Shown here in pieces: positions 40,147 to 48,777 of a DNA stretch of 64,000 nucleotides. Every line of letters starts with the position of its first letter. The first letter of the stretch is position 1. Both the position numbers and the translations under genes were made by a program. Origin of the DNA: Permianibacter sp. (lineage in GTDB: Bacteria; Pseudomonadota; Gammaproteobacteria; Enterobacterales; Permianibacteraceae); the NCBI GenBank assembly GCA_046297695.1, contig JBKBHF010000013.1:12498-76497 (forward strand), written 5' to 3'. The notes beneath the pieces were generated by a model. The model searched no databases, was not told the origin of the DNA, and worked only from the letters and a program-made list of their open reading frames with translations.

Positions 40147-41904
40147 TCAAAAACTGTCTTTTATCGTCACCAGCCACTGCAGTTTGTCGAGCTCCGGATC
40201 AGCATCGGTGTTGAGCGGCGCCGCCAAATCGAGGTGCAGTACGGTTTGTTTGCCGGGTCGTTCGTTGCCGGTACGGGTTGGCGTGAGCCGCAAGCCAAAA
40301 CCGATATCGCGCAACCAACCGCCGTTGTAGCCATTGTCTTTGCCATCAAACCAGGCACGGCCGACGTCGGCAAACACCGCTGCACCGACATCGAATAGAG
40401 ACAACACTTCGGTGAACAGATAGAACCGCTCTTCCAGCGTCAGCAAGGCCATGCGATCGCCCATCTGATAACGGGTCGGGTAGCCGCGCAGTCCGTTGTC
40501 GCCACCGAGCGTGATGGGTTCATCGATAAAGAGATTGCGGCCGTGCTGGAGCTGCAACGCGGCGTAAAACTGGTGCGAGCTGAAATCACCCTGGTAGTAA
40601 CGGACGTGCAGTTCGCTGCGTTGGTCGAACACCTGGTCGTCGTCATGACGTCCGTTGATGGCAGCAGACAGGAACATGACCTTGTCATCATCGACCAGGT
40701 AATAGCGTTCTGCGGACGCTGAATAAAGCCAGGCCTCATCGGTTGAACCGATGGCGTCGTCAGCACGGCCGAAACGCAGTGTAGTCGTCCAGCCGGTATT
40801 GATATCCTCTGTGCGGCGCATCTGATTGATGTTGACCGCCTTGACGAAGCTGTCGTGCACCCGTTGCCACTCCAGCCAGCCATAACGGTAGTGTCGATCG
40901 TCCGGGAAGGGTTGCTCTGGCACCGTGTCCTCGTTGGTCCGAAACCGACTGTCTTCATCGTTTAGACCAAAGCGCCAGCGTTGGGTCTCGTGCCCGACCA
41001 AGCCGCGTGACCAGCCACCGAATACGCTGTGACTCGCTTCCTCATGCTCGAAGGATTGAATTTCCTCATCGCGAAAACTGAGGGTGTCAGTGCGCAGATT
41101 CCGATGCGTCAACACGCCACCGGCCCACGGCGTTTCCAGCGAAAAGAACGGTCGGTACAGTTCAAACGCATGGCTCTGGCCATCGTCGTTGTCGGTGTAT
41201 TCCAGATCCAGGACACTACGGGTATTGCCGAAGTTGGGGTCGCGGTAGCCGAACATGGTGCCGGTGCGCTCGGCATCCTGTTCGCGGACAATCTGCACGG
41301 CGCGACCGCTGCCGAGGAAATTGCTGTCCTTGAAACCAAACCGGGAGCTGTTGTCGCCACCACTGCGCGAGAAACCGACGTCGGGTACCAAGGTCCAGAC
41401 GTCTTTCACGCGCACTTCCAGATCGACTTTTTCCAGACATTCGCCGATCGGCCGGATGTCGGCGCCGCGCAGGTAACGGCGGGTGCGCAATACCCGCTCG
41501 GATTCAGCCACGCGGCTGACCCGGAATGGTTCACCGGTTTCAAACAGCAAGTCGTCGCGGATGACATCCGTGTCGGTTGGAATGTGCCAGTCGTTGACCA
41601 GCCGAAACAACCAGTTGTCTTCTTCCGGTTTGCTGGTGTCGAAAATCGGGTCGACCACAATCTGGATATCGCCAACCGGCAAGCCACGCGCTTCGAACCC
41701 GGCCAAAGTTGCCGGGTCGGCACCTTCCGACGGCAGGGCGAGACAGCCGTGGTCCAACAGTGGCTCTGCAGTCGTCTCTTCTGGGCTGGGTTCGGACATG
41801 GCGGGTGCCGTCACATCGGATGTGGCATCCGCGGCGTGAGCGTCCGCCATGCCAATCACAGACAGCACCGAAATGAGATAAAGGCGGGAAAACGGAAACG
41901 ACAC
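40147..41904 (-). CDS. Omp85/BamA-TamA-superfamily outer-membrane protein (POTRA + surface-antigen beta-barrel), orphan
   Basis: GTG start. Signal peptide ...LISVLSVIGMADAHA. POTRA-like segment (VGDIQIVVDPIFD...LLFETGEPFRVSRVAESERVLR...VDLEVRVKDVWTL). Long beta-rich C-terminal domain ending in aromatic ...VTIKDSF. Confidence 0.65.
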   Translation of the reverse strand: MSFPFSRLYLISVLSVIGMADAHAADATSDVTAPAMSEPSPEETTAEPLLDHGCLALPSEGADPATLAGFEARGLPVGDIQIVVDPIFDTSKPEEDNWLFRLVNDWHIPTDTDVIRDDLLFETGEPFRVSRVAESERVLRTRRYLRGADIRPIGECLEKVDLEVRVKDVWTLVPDVGFSRSGGDNSSRFGFKDSNFLGSGRAVQIVREQDAERTGTMFGYRDPNFGNTRSVLDLEYTDNDDGQSHAFELYRPFFSLETPWAGGVLTHRNLRTDTLSFRDEEIQSFEHEEASHSVFGGWSRGLVGHETQRWRFGLNDEDSRFRTNEDTVPEQPFPDDRHYRYGWLEWQRVHDSFVKAVNINQMRRTEDINTGWTTTLRFGRADDAIGSTDEAWLYSASAERYYLVDDDKVMFLSAAINGRHDDDQVFDQRSELHVRYYQGDFSSHQFYAALQLQHGRNLFIDEPITLGGDNGLRGYPTRYQMGDRMALLTLEERFYLFTEVLSLFDVGAAVFADVGRAWFDGKDNGYNGGWLRDIGFGLRLTPTRTGNERPGKQTVLHLDLAAPLNTDADPELDKLQWLVTIKDSF

Positions 41905-42063
41905 GCCGAAAACGTCTCCTTAGATTGGGTGAGGGCCACTCGTTTCGTTGGGCTTCGGCCGGATGCGCAATCGAGTATATGCAGCCGATTCGCGCTTGTC
42001 GCGACCGAGCCGGCGTCAATGCGATAATACCGAACCAAGCTTGAGGAAAAATGAAGCAAGCCG

Positions 42064-42906
42064 ATGGCTGTCAGCGATTACCATTGGCCCAACAGTGGAC
42101 CGCCGCTGTTGATGGCCATTCTCAATGTCACGCCGGACTCGTTCTCGGACGGCGGTCGTTATGCCGCGCCAGCCCTGCTGCGGCCGCGGCTGGAGCAGTT
42201 GCTGGCTGAAGGTGCTGACATCATCGACATCGGCGGCGAATCGACCCGGCCCGGGGCGGAACCGGTCAGCATCCAGCAGGAGCTGGACCGGGTCATGCCG
42301 GCGGTCGAACAGGCGCTGGCACTGGGGGCGGTGGTGTCGATCGATACGCGGCATCCGGAAGTGATGGCGGCGGCCCTGGCGGCCGGTGTGGCCATCATCA
42401 ATGACGTCAACGCGCTGCAGGCGCCTGGCGCCTTGGCGCTGATCAGTCAGTATCAGCCGGCGGTCTGTCTGATGCACATGCAGGGCGAGCCCCGCTCGAT
42501 GCAGCAGCAACCGCACTATGACGACGTGGTCAGCGAGGTGAACGCCTTCCTGGTTCAGCGTGCGTCGAGCTGCCGGCAAGCTGGCTTGCCGGCGGCAAAA
42601 ATTTGTCTGGACCCGGGATTTGGTTTCGGTAAGAGTGCCAGCCACAATTTGCAGCTGCTGTATGCCCTGCCGACGCTGGTGGCGACCGGCTATCCCGTGC
42701 TGGCGGGCTTGTCGCGAAAATCGCTGATCGGCCACGTCACCGGTGCGCCGGTGGCGGAACGGCTGGTCGGCAGCGTGGCGCTGGCCTTGCTGGCGGCGCA
42801 ACGCGGTGCCCGGGTGTTGCGGGTGCACGATGTCAAAGAAACCAAACAGGTTTTGCAGTTATGGCTGGCGATGGAAGCGCAAGGACAGCCATCCCAACAG
42901 GAGTGA
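42064..42906 (+). CDS. folP: Dihydropteroate synthase
   Basis: LLMAILNVTPDSFSDGG...DIIDIGGESTRPGA...DPGFGFGK...GLSRKS are the classic DHPS motifs. Confidence 0.95.
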   Translation: MAVSDYHWPNSGPPLLMAILNVTPDSFSDGGRYAAPALLRPRLEQLLAEGADIIDIGGESTRPGAEPVSIQQELDRVMPAVEQALALGAVVSIDTRHPEVMAAALAAGVAIINDVNALQAPGALALISQYQPAVCLMHMQGEPRSMQQQPHYDDVVSEVNAFLVQRASSCRQAGLPAAKICLDPGFGFGKSASHNLQLLYALPTLVATGYPVLAGLSRKSLIGHVTGAPVAERLVGSVALALLAAQRGARVLRVHDVKETKQVLQLWLAMEAQGQPSQQE

Positions 42907-42915
42907 AGCAGGAAG

Positions 42916-44250
42916 ATGAGCAAGCGTAAGTATTTCGGCACCGATGGCGTCCGCGGCAAAGTCGGCGAGTTTCCGATCAATCCGGAGTTCGTGATGAAGC
43001 TGGGCTGGGCCGCCGGCAAGGTGTTGGCCAACGGCAGCGGCAGCAAGGTGCTGATTGGCAAGGATACCCGGACCTCCGGTTACATGTTCGAAGCGGCGCT
43101 GGAAGCGGGTTTGTCGGCCGCCGGTGTCGAGGCGCACATGCTCGGGCCGATGCCGACGCCGGCCATCGCTTATCTGACCCGGACATTGCGCGCGCAGGCC
43201 GGCATTGTCATTTCGGCGTCGCACAATCCGTACTACGACAACGGCATCAAGTTCTTCTCGGCCGACGGCTTCAAACTGCCGGACGAGGTGGAAGCGCGCA
43301 TCGAAGCCATGCTCGACGAGCCGATGACTACCGTCGATTCGGCGCTGCTTGGCCGCGCTCGCCGGGTCAGCGAAGCGACGGGGCGCTATATCGAATTCTG
43401 CAAAGCCACCGTTGCCAGCAACCTGAGTCTGCGCGGCCTGAAGATCGTGGTCGACTGTGCCCACGGCGCGACCTACAAAGTCGCACCGGCCGTGCTCGAA
43501 GAGCTGGGCGCCGAGGTGCACACCATAGGCGCCGAACCGAATGGTCTGAACATCAACGACAAGGTCGGCGCGACCGCGCCGGGCTTGTTGGCGGAAATCG
43601 TGGTCGCGCAGGGCGCCGATGTCGGTGTCGCGCTCGATGGCGACGGCGACCGTTTGATCATGGTCGATCACAAAGGCGAAGTGGTTGACGGTGATGAGAT
43701 CCTGTTCGTGATCGCGCGCGATGCGCTGCGTCGCGGCAAATTGCCCGGTGGCGTGGTCGGCACCGTGATGAGCAATCTTGGTCTCGAGGTGGCGCTGCGC
43801 GAGCTGGGCATCGGCTTTGGCCGCGCCAAGGTCGGCGATCGTTACGTGCTGGAAATGATGCAGGAAAAAGGCTGGCTGCTCGGTGGCGAATCGTCTGGCC
43901 ACATTGTCTGCCTCGACAAAACCACGTCCGGCGACGGCATCGTTTCCGCGTTGCAGGTGCTGTCGGCGATGGTGCAGAACGGTGTCAGCCTGCACGATCT
44001 GAAACACGGCATGCAGAAATTTCCGCAAACGCTGATCAACGTGCCGCTCAAGGCCGGCAGCAAGCCGATGGAGGCCGATGCCGTCAAACAGACGGTGCGT
44101 CAGGTTGAGCAGGAATTGGGTGACTCCGGCCGCGTGCTGCTGCGGCCATCCGGCACCGAGCCGCTGATCCGAGTCATGGTGGAAGGCCGGGACGCCGCGC
44201 AGGTCAAGCGCTGCGCCGAGCAGATTGCCAGCGCCGTGCGATCGGTTTGA
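42916..44250 (+). CDS. glmM: Phosphoglucosamine mutase
   Basis: [18 protein letters not shown]...[17 protein letters not shown] (phosphoserine loop)...ALDGDGDRL...GGESSGH. Confidence 0.96.
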   Translation: MSKRKYFGTDGVRGKVGEFPINPEFVMKLGWAAGKVLANGSGSKVLIGKDTRTSGYMFEAALEAGLSAAGVEAHMLGPMPTPAIAYLTRTLRAQAGIVISASHNPYYDNGIKFFSADGFKLPDEVEARIEAMLDEPMTTVDSALLGRARRVSEATGRYIEFCKATVASNLSLRGLKIVVDCAHGATYKVAPAVLEELGAEVHTIGAEPNGLNINDKVGATAPGLLAEIVVAQGADVGVALDGDGDRLIMVDHKGEVVDGDEILFVIARDALRRGKLPGGVVGTVMSNLGLEVALRELGIGFGRAKVGDRYVLEMMQEKGWLLGGESSGHIVCLDKTTSGDGIVSALQVLSAMVQNGVSLHDLKHGMQKFPQTLINVPLKAGSKPMEADAVKQTVRQVEQELGDSGRVLLRPSGTEPLIRVMVEGRDAAQVKRCAEQIASAVRSV

Positions 44251-44271
44251 CGCGGCCAAGCAAGAAGTCGG

Positions 44272-44302
44272 CAAAAAAACGCGCTGTCTGGCGCGTTTTT
44301 TT
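44272..44302. terminator. Bidirectional rho-independent terminator (glmM / GGDEF-EAL gene)
   Basis: AAAAAAACGCGC-TGTCTG-GCGCGTTTTTTT; overlaps the stop codon (44301-44303) of the convergent minus-strand gene. Confidence 0.85.
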
Positions 44303-46658
44303 ATACCCGCAAACCGGCGCCGGTTTGCTGCAGCCAGTGCAGAAATTCATCCGCCGGTACCGGCCGGCTGAAATGATAGCCCTGGCCGCGATCGCAGCCC
44401 CAGTCACGCAGTAGCACCGCTTGTTCCCGGGTTTCGATGCCTTCGGCCACCACCTGCAGATCGAGGTTGTGGCCCAGTTCAATTGTGGAGCGGACAATGG
44501 CGGCATCATCGCCGTCGGCACGCAGTTGCCGGATGAAGGCCTGATCAATCTTCAGTTCCTGCACCGGCAGTTTTTTCAGGTAGGCGAGAGAAGAATAGCC
44601 GGTACCAAAATCATCGATGGCCAGCTTGATGCCAAGCGCCCGCAACTGCTCCAGCAAGGCCATCGCTCGCTCCGGCTCTTCAATGAAGCCACTTTCAGTG
44701 ACTTCCAGACCAAGATACTCCGCCGACACGGTGCTGCGTTCGAGGCTTTCGGCGAGAAAATCGCGCAGGCTTTCGTCAAGCAGATCATGGGCGGAAATAT
44801 TGACCGCGATATGCATCCGAACGCCATGCTGCTGCCATTCGCGTGCCTGACTGAGGGCGCGGGCGATGATCCAGCGGGTTAGTCGTTTGATGTCACCGGT
44901 TTGCTCGGCAAAGGGGATGAAGTCGATAGGCGGAATGAAGCCGCGGCTTGGATGCTGCCAACGGACCAGCGCCTCACAGTAGCTGTGATCATCACCCTGC
45001 AGATTGACTTTCGGTTGGTAGAACAAGCGCAGTTCGTTTTCGGCGACCGCGCGGCGCAGATCGCCGAGTAATGACAAGTGCTCGGCGCGAAACGGTTGCA
45101 GGCTGGGATCAAACCGAACGATGTGGCGACGCTGCTGTCGACTGTAGTAGAGCGCGACATCGACTGCACGCAACAGCGCACTGGTGTGCTTGCCGTCATC
45201 CGGCGCTACCGCATAACCAAGGCTGACGCGCAGATCGACCGTTTGCCCGCCCGCGACAAACGGCAACTGCATAACACCGACCAGTTGCTCGGCCAGTGCG
45301 CGACCGGCGCGATCGCCCGCGTCCGGCAGCAGAATGGCGAATTCATCGGCGCCAACGCGGGCCAAGGTGGCGCCATTCGGCAGCTGACCGTGCAATCGCT
45401 CGCCGGCAGCGCGCAGCAACTCATCACCCAGCGCATGGCCCAGCGTGTTGTTGATCAGCTTGAACCGGTCCAGATCGAGCAACAATACGGCGCAAGGGGC
45501 TGAGTTGCCGAGCAAGCGCGTCAACTGTTCGGTGAAGTAGGTGCGATTGGGCAGCGTCGTCAACGGATCGCGATAAGCCAGATCCAGGATTTGCTGTTCA
45601 CGGCTGGCTATCGTTTCGCGCATGGTGTTGAAAGCCTGCGCCAGATCGCCAATCTCGTCCTGTCGGTTGATGACCGCATCGACCGCGTAATCGCCGGCCT
45701 CCATGCGGTGTGCGGCGGTCTGCAGCTGCTGCAACGGTCGTACGATGCCGCGCGCCAGCATGACGGTGGCAACCAACGCCAGTGCCAACGCGGCCAAGCC
45801 CAAACCAAGCAGGTAGCGTTGCAACTGACGGTGCGGCGCGAGCGCCTGCTCCAGTGAGCGCTGCAAGACCGCGATTTCGCTACCGTCTTGTCCTGCCAGC
45901 GCGACGACCAGGGTTTGATACGGTTGTTCGGTCAGCATCAGTGTGTGGATGGCATGATCCGGTCGTGGCGGCAGTTGCTGCGTCAGCGCATCAGCCAGCG
46001 CTGATGGCAGGGTCGATGCCTGCAGTCGCCAATGGCGTGCGCCATCCGCATCGTGATGCCTGCCCAAAAAAGACACTTGCAAGCCGGTCAGTTTTTGCAG
46101 GTCGGTGGCAACGGTCGCATCGATCAAGAAACCCATCGCGACCACGGCAATCGGTTGCGGTGCTCGCACCGTCACCACGACCAATTGATAAGCCTGTTCA
46201 TCAAGACTGACGATGGCACTGGCGGCGCCTTGCACACGCGCCTGTTGCAGCAACTCCGGGAAGGGAAACAAGCCACTGACCTGATCGTCGCGACTGTCAG
46301 CAAGCAGGCTGCCATCCAGGCTCGCTGCCAAGCTGATGTCGGCATTGATCCGGCCGCGATGATTCTGTAACGCAGACGTGATGGTGCTTTGATCGCGGCT
46401 GGCGATGGCTTCGCGAAAGCCGTAATCTGCCGCCAGCACTTTTGCGGCCTGTGTCAGTTGTTGCTGATTTTGTTCCAGGGCCCGGGCAAACACGGCCTGA
46501 CCCAGTTGCAGCTCTTCGCGCAGCTGATTGGTAACCAGATTGCGCTGCATTTGCGACACCAACCACAGCACGCCGACCAGCACCAGCAACAGCAGGCTGC
46601 CGTAGGTCAGTGCCAGGCGGCGGCTCAGCTGGCGACGAGGTGTCGCGCCCGTACTCAT
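44301..46658 (-). CDS. Membrane c-di-GMP signalling protein: periplasmic sensor domain-HAMP-degenerate GGDEF (GADEF)-EAL
   Basis: ATG 46658. TM1 (LALTYGSLLLLVLVGVLWLV), a ~240-aa periplasmic region, TM2, HAMP (...DEIGDLAQAFNTM...), a GGDEF domain with RVGADEFAILL, and an EAL domain with intact CEALVRW, DDFGTGYSSL, KIDQAFIR, VAEGIET, QGYHFSRP. Confidence 0.9.
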   Translation of the reverse strand: MSTGATPRRQLSRRLALTYGSLLLLVLVGVLWLVSQMQRNLVTNQLREELQLGQAVFARALEQNQQQLTQAAKVLAADYGFREAIASRDQSTITSALQNHRGRINADISLAASLDGSLLADSRDDQVSGLFPFPELLQQARVQGAASAIVSLDEQAYQLVVVTVRAPQPIAVVAMGFLIDATVATDLQKLTGLQVSFLGRHHDADGARHWRLQASTLPSALADALTQQLPPRPDHAIHTLMLTEQPYQTLVVALAGQDGSEIAVLQRSLEQALAPHRQLQRYLLGLGLAALALALVATVMLARGIVRPLQQLQTAAHRMEAGDYAVDAVINRQDEIGDLAQAFNTMRETIASREQQILDLAYRDPLTTLPNRTYFTEQLTRLLGNSAPCAVLLLDLDRFKLINNTLGHALGDELLRAAGERLHGQLPNGATLARVGADEFAILLPDAGDRAGRALAEQLVGVMQLPFVAGGQTVDLRVSLGYAVAPDDGKHTSALLRAVDVALYYSRQQRRHIVRFDPSLQPFRAEHLSLLGDLRRAVAENELRLFYQPKVNLQGDDHSYCEALVRWQHPSRGFIPPIDFIPFAEQTGDIKRLTRWIIARALSQAREWQQHGVRMHIAVNISAHDLLDESLRDFLAESLERSTVSAEYLGLEVTESGFIEEPERAMALLEQLRALGIKLAIDDFGTGYSSLAYLKKLPVQELKIDQAFIRQLRADGDDAAIVRSTIELGHNLDLQVVAEGIETREQAVLLRDWGCDRGQGYHFSRPVPADEFLHWLQQTGAGLRV

Positions 46659-46659
46659 C

Positions 46660-47295
46660 TCAATGCTGGCTCGAGGCGCTGGCCCGTGGCCGCAGGCTGA
46701 CCGGTACGCGTAGCGGCGCGGACGCATCGGTGACGGTGACGGCGAGCGCTGTGGTCGGCGCGCTCAGTTCCGGATGCCACAGCTGCAATTGATGCGGGCC
46801 CGGCGGCAGCTGCAGGACCAGTTCGCCATGACCATTGCTTTTGCCGAACCAGGGGGTATCGACCACCAGCACGTAAGCCAGCATCCAATCGTGGATGTTG
46901 CAGCCCAAGGCCACCACGCCGGCGCGGTCGAACAGCACGGGTTCGGCCGGTACGCCGCTGTAGAGCTTCAGTTCAAATTTTTTGGCATCGGAAAACGAAT
47001 AAACGTGATGCCGGATATTGTCCTTGTTCGGAAACCGGATCCGGCTGCCGACCGGCGCCACGGTCACATACGGGACGAATTCCTTGTTGATCTGATCGAT
47101 GTCGACCTGCATGCCGACCGGTTTGGCGGCGGCGGAATGCACATAGGCGACGACGTCCGGCACCGGCTTGCCGTCCGCGTCTTGCAACTGCAGGCGAAAC
47201 TCGGCCGCGCTGCCGGTCGAAGTCAACAGCAACGCCATCAACAGAGATGCAACGCGCATCGATGAGCCCATCGCCATCATCCTTTTGTCGAACAA
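46660..47295 (-). CDS. Secreted cupredoxin-like protein (family often annotated 'methylamine utilization protein')
   Basis: Signal peptide (MRVASLLMALLLTSTGSAA). FPNKDNIRHHVYSFS ... VALGCNIHDWMLAYV gives His...Cys-x2-His-x2-Met. The stop lies 1 nt from the downstream GGDEF-EAL start. The start may be an internal ATG (e.g. 47259). Confidence 0.65.
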   Translation of the reverse strand: MFDKRMMAMGSSMRVASLLMALLLTSTGSAAEFRLQLQDADGKPVPDVVAYVHSAAAKPVGMQVDIDQINKEFVPYVTVAPVGSRIRFPNKDNIRHHVYSFSDAKKFELKLYSGVPAEPVLFDRAGVVALGCNIHDWMLAYVLVVDTPWFGKSNGHGELVLQLPPGPHQLQLWHPELSAPTTALAVTVTDASAPLRVPVSLRPRASASSQH

Positions 47296-47724
47296 TCAGG
47301 GGCCGGCAGCAACCGGATCCACCACCTGCGGCTTCATCGGCGCCAGCAATGCCAAAAACTCGTTCTTTTCCCGACTGCCGACCCCGCGAGCGTCGAGAAT
47401 GGTGCGCAACTGTTCAACCAAGCCGTAGAACTCACGTTCGGTAATTTGCAGTCCGCGGTGGACCAAGCGCATATCGTCACCCGTATACGTGCAGGGACCG
47501 CCGGCCAGTACACAGAACTGTTCGGCCAGCTTCTCTTTCACCCGCTGCAGATTCACCTTGTGAAAACTGCGTTTGGTGTTGGGGTCGGTGCTGGCGACGT
47601 CGATCAGTTGATCGGTGATCGCCTGCAGGGCCGGCTGTCCGCCGAGGCGTTGATACAAGGTGTCGGCCGCCGCCAGTGGCGTGCTCAGGCACAGCAGAGG
47701 CAGCAGCAATAAAGATCGCAGCAT
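47296..47724 (-). CDS. Group-1-type truncated hemoglobin with N-terminal signal peptide
   Basis: ATG 47724 (MLRSLLLLPLLCLSTPLAAA). LYQRLGGQPALQAITDQLID...F..VNLQRVKEKLAEQFCVLAGGPCTYTGDDMRLVHRGLQITEREF matches the trHb 2-on-2 pattern, including a candidate proximal His (VHRGL). Confidence 0.75.
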   Translation of the reverse strand: MLRSLLLLPLLCLSTPLAAADTLYQRLGGQPALQAITDQLIDVASTDPNTKRSFHKVNLQRVKEKLAEQFCVLAGGPCTYTGDDMRLVHRGLQITEREFYGLVEQLRTILDARGVGSREKNEFLALLAPMKPQVVDPVAAGP

Positions 47725-47802
47725 TTTTGACAGGCCCTCCGGGGCGATTAGCATTGAGCATAGACAGTGACCACCCATAGGTCACCCTGGTTGGGGGCGG
47801 GT

Positions 47803-48669
47803 ATGAGCGGAATCAGAAGCGTTATACGAGGGTTTGGCCTGTTTGCGTTGCTCATCCAGGCTGCCTATGCCGATCCGGGGGGGCGGCTGCCGGCAACGGG
47901 CGGCGTGGTATCGGTTGATGGCAGTGGCGGTGGCGGCTTGACCAGCTGGGCGCTGATCAGCGGCTATGGCACGGCAGATGAATGGGGCGGTGCCATCAGC
48001 GTCACCCGGTTGCCGTTGCCCGATTATCAGTTCGAAAGTGCGGCACTAACCCTCGGCTTGTTCGACCGTGTCGAACTCAGCGTGGGTCGTCAGCGCTTCG
48101 ATCTGGAAGACGTGGTGCCCGGCGAACACGTCGAGCAGGACATTTTTGCCGTGAAGTGGCGCCTGGCGGGGGATGCAGTGTTTGCCCCCGATTCCTTTCT
48201 GCCGCAACTGGCGCTTGCCGTGCAGCACAAGCGCAACCGCGATTTTGACTTCATTCCAGCTGCACTTGGCGGCCAGCGTGACAGCGACAGCGAGTTTGCG
48301 CTGTTGGCCAGCAAGCTCTATTTCGCTGCGATGTTCGGCCACAACCTGCTGATCAATGCCGGCCTGCATTACAGCCGCGCCAATCAGTTTGGCTTGCTGG
48401 GCTTTGGCGGCCCCGATGATGATCGCAGGGAGTGGTTGGCGCAGGCCGCGTTGGGGGTTTTCTTGACCGATCAATTGCTGCTTGGTCTGGAATATCGACA
48501 GAAGCCCGACAATCTCGCTGTTCCAGAAGACGATGCTCACGATCTGTTTCTGGCTTGGGTGCCGAACCGGCGCTTTGCGCTGACCCTGGCCAGAGTGGAT
48601 TTGGGCCGCATCGCCGTAACCGAGGACGAGCAGGTCGGTACCTATCTGCAGGTGCAGCTCAATTATTGA
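47803..48669 (+). CDS. DUF3034-like secreted/outer-membrane beta-rich protein
   Basis: ATG 47803. Signal peptide (GFGLFALLIQAAYA), Gly-rich GSGGGGLTSWALISGYG, alternating beta-strand-like sequence, C-terminal aromatic (VQLNY). Family name recalled from memory, not searched. Confidence 0.55.
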   Translation: MSGIRSVIRGFGLFALLIQAAYADPGGRLPATGGVVSVDGSGGGGLTSWALISGYGTADEWGGAISVTRLPLPDYQFESAALTLGLFDRVELSVGRQRFDLEDVVPGEHVEQDIFAVKWRLAGDAVFAPDSFLPQLALAVQHKRNRDFDFIPAALGGQRDSDSEFALLASKLYFAAMFGHNLLINAGLHYSRANQFGLLGFGGPDDDRREWLAQAALGVFLTDQLLLGLEYRQKPDNLAVPEDDAHDLFLAWVPNRRFALTLARVDLGRIAVTEDEQVGTYLQVQLNY

Positions 48670-48777
48670 ACAAGCTGGCGGCCGTTCCCTGTGAGCGGAC
48701 GGGCCGGCGCTGCAGCTTGCTTGTAACTTGGCGGCCGCATCGCTACCATATGCGCCCGCTTCGCCAGGCCCCTTTTT

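Noticed and set aside
38912-44274. Long minus-strand ORFs at 38912-40177 and 42859-44274 and a plus-strand ORF at 41029-42027
   Set aside because: They are antisense to ftsH, glmM and the Omp85 gene respectively, with no motifs. Artefacts of GC-rich sequence.
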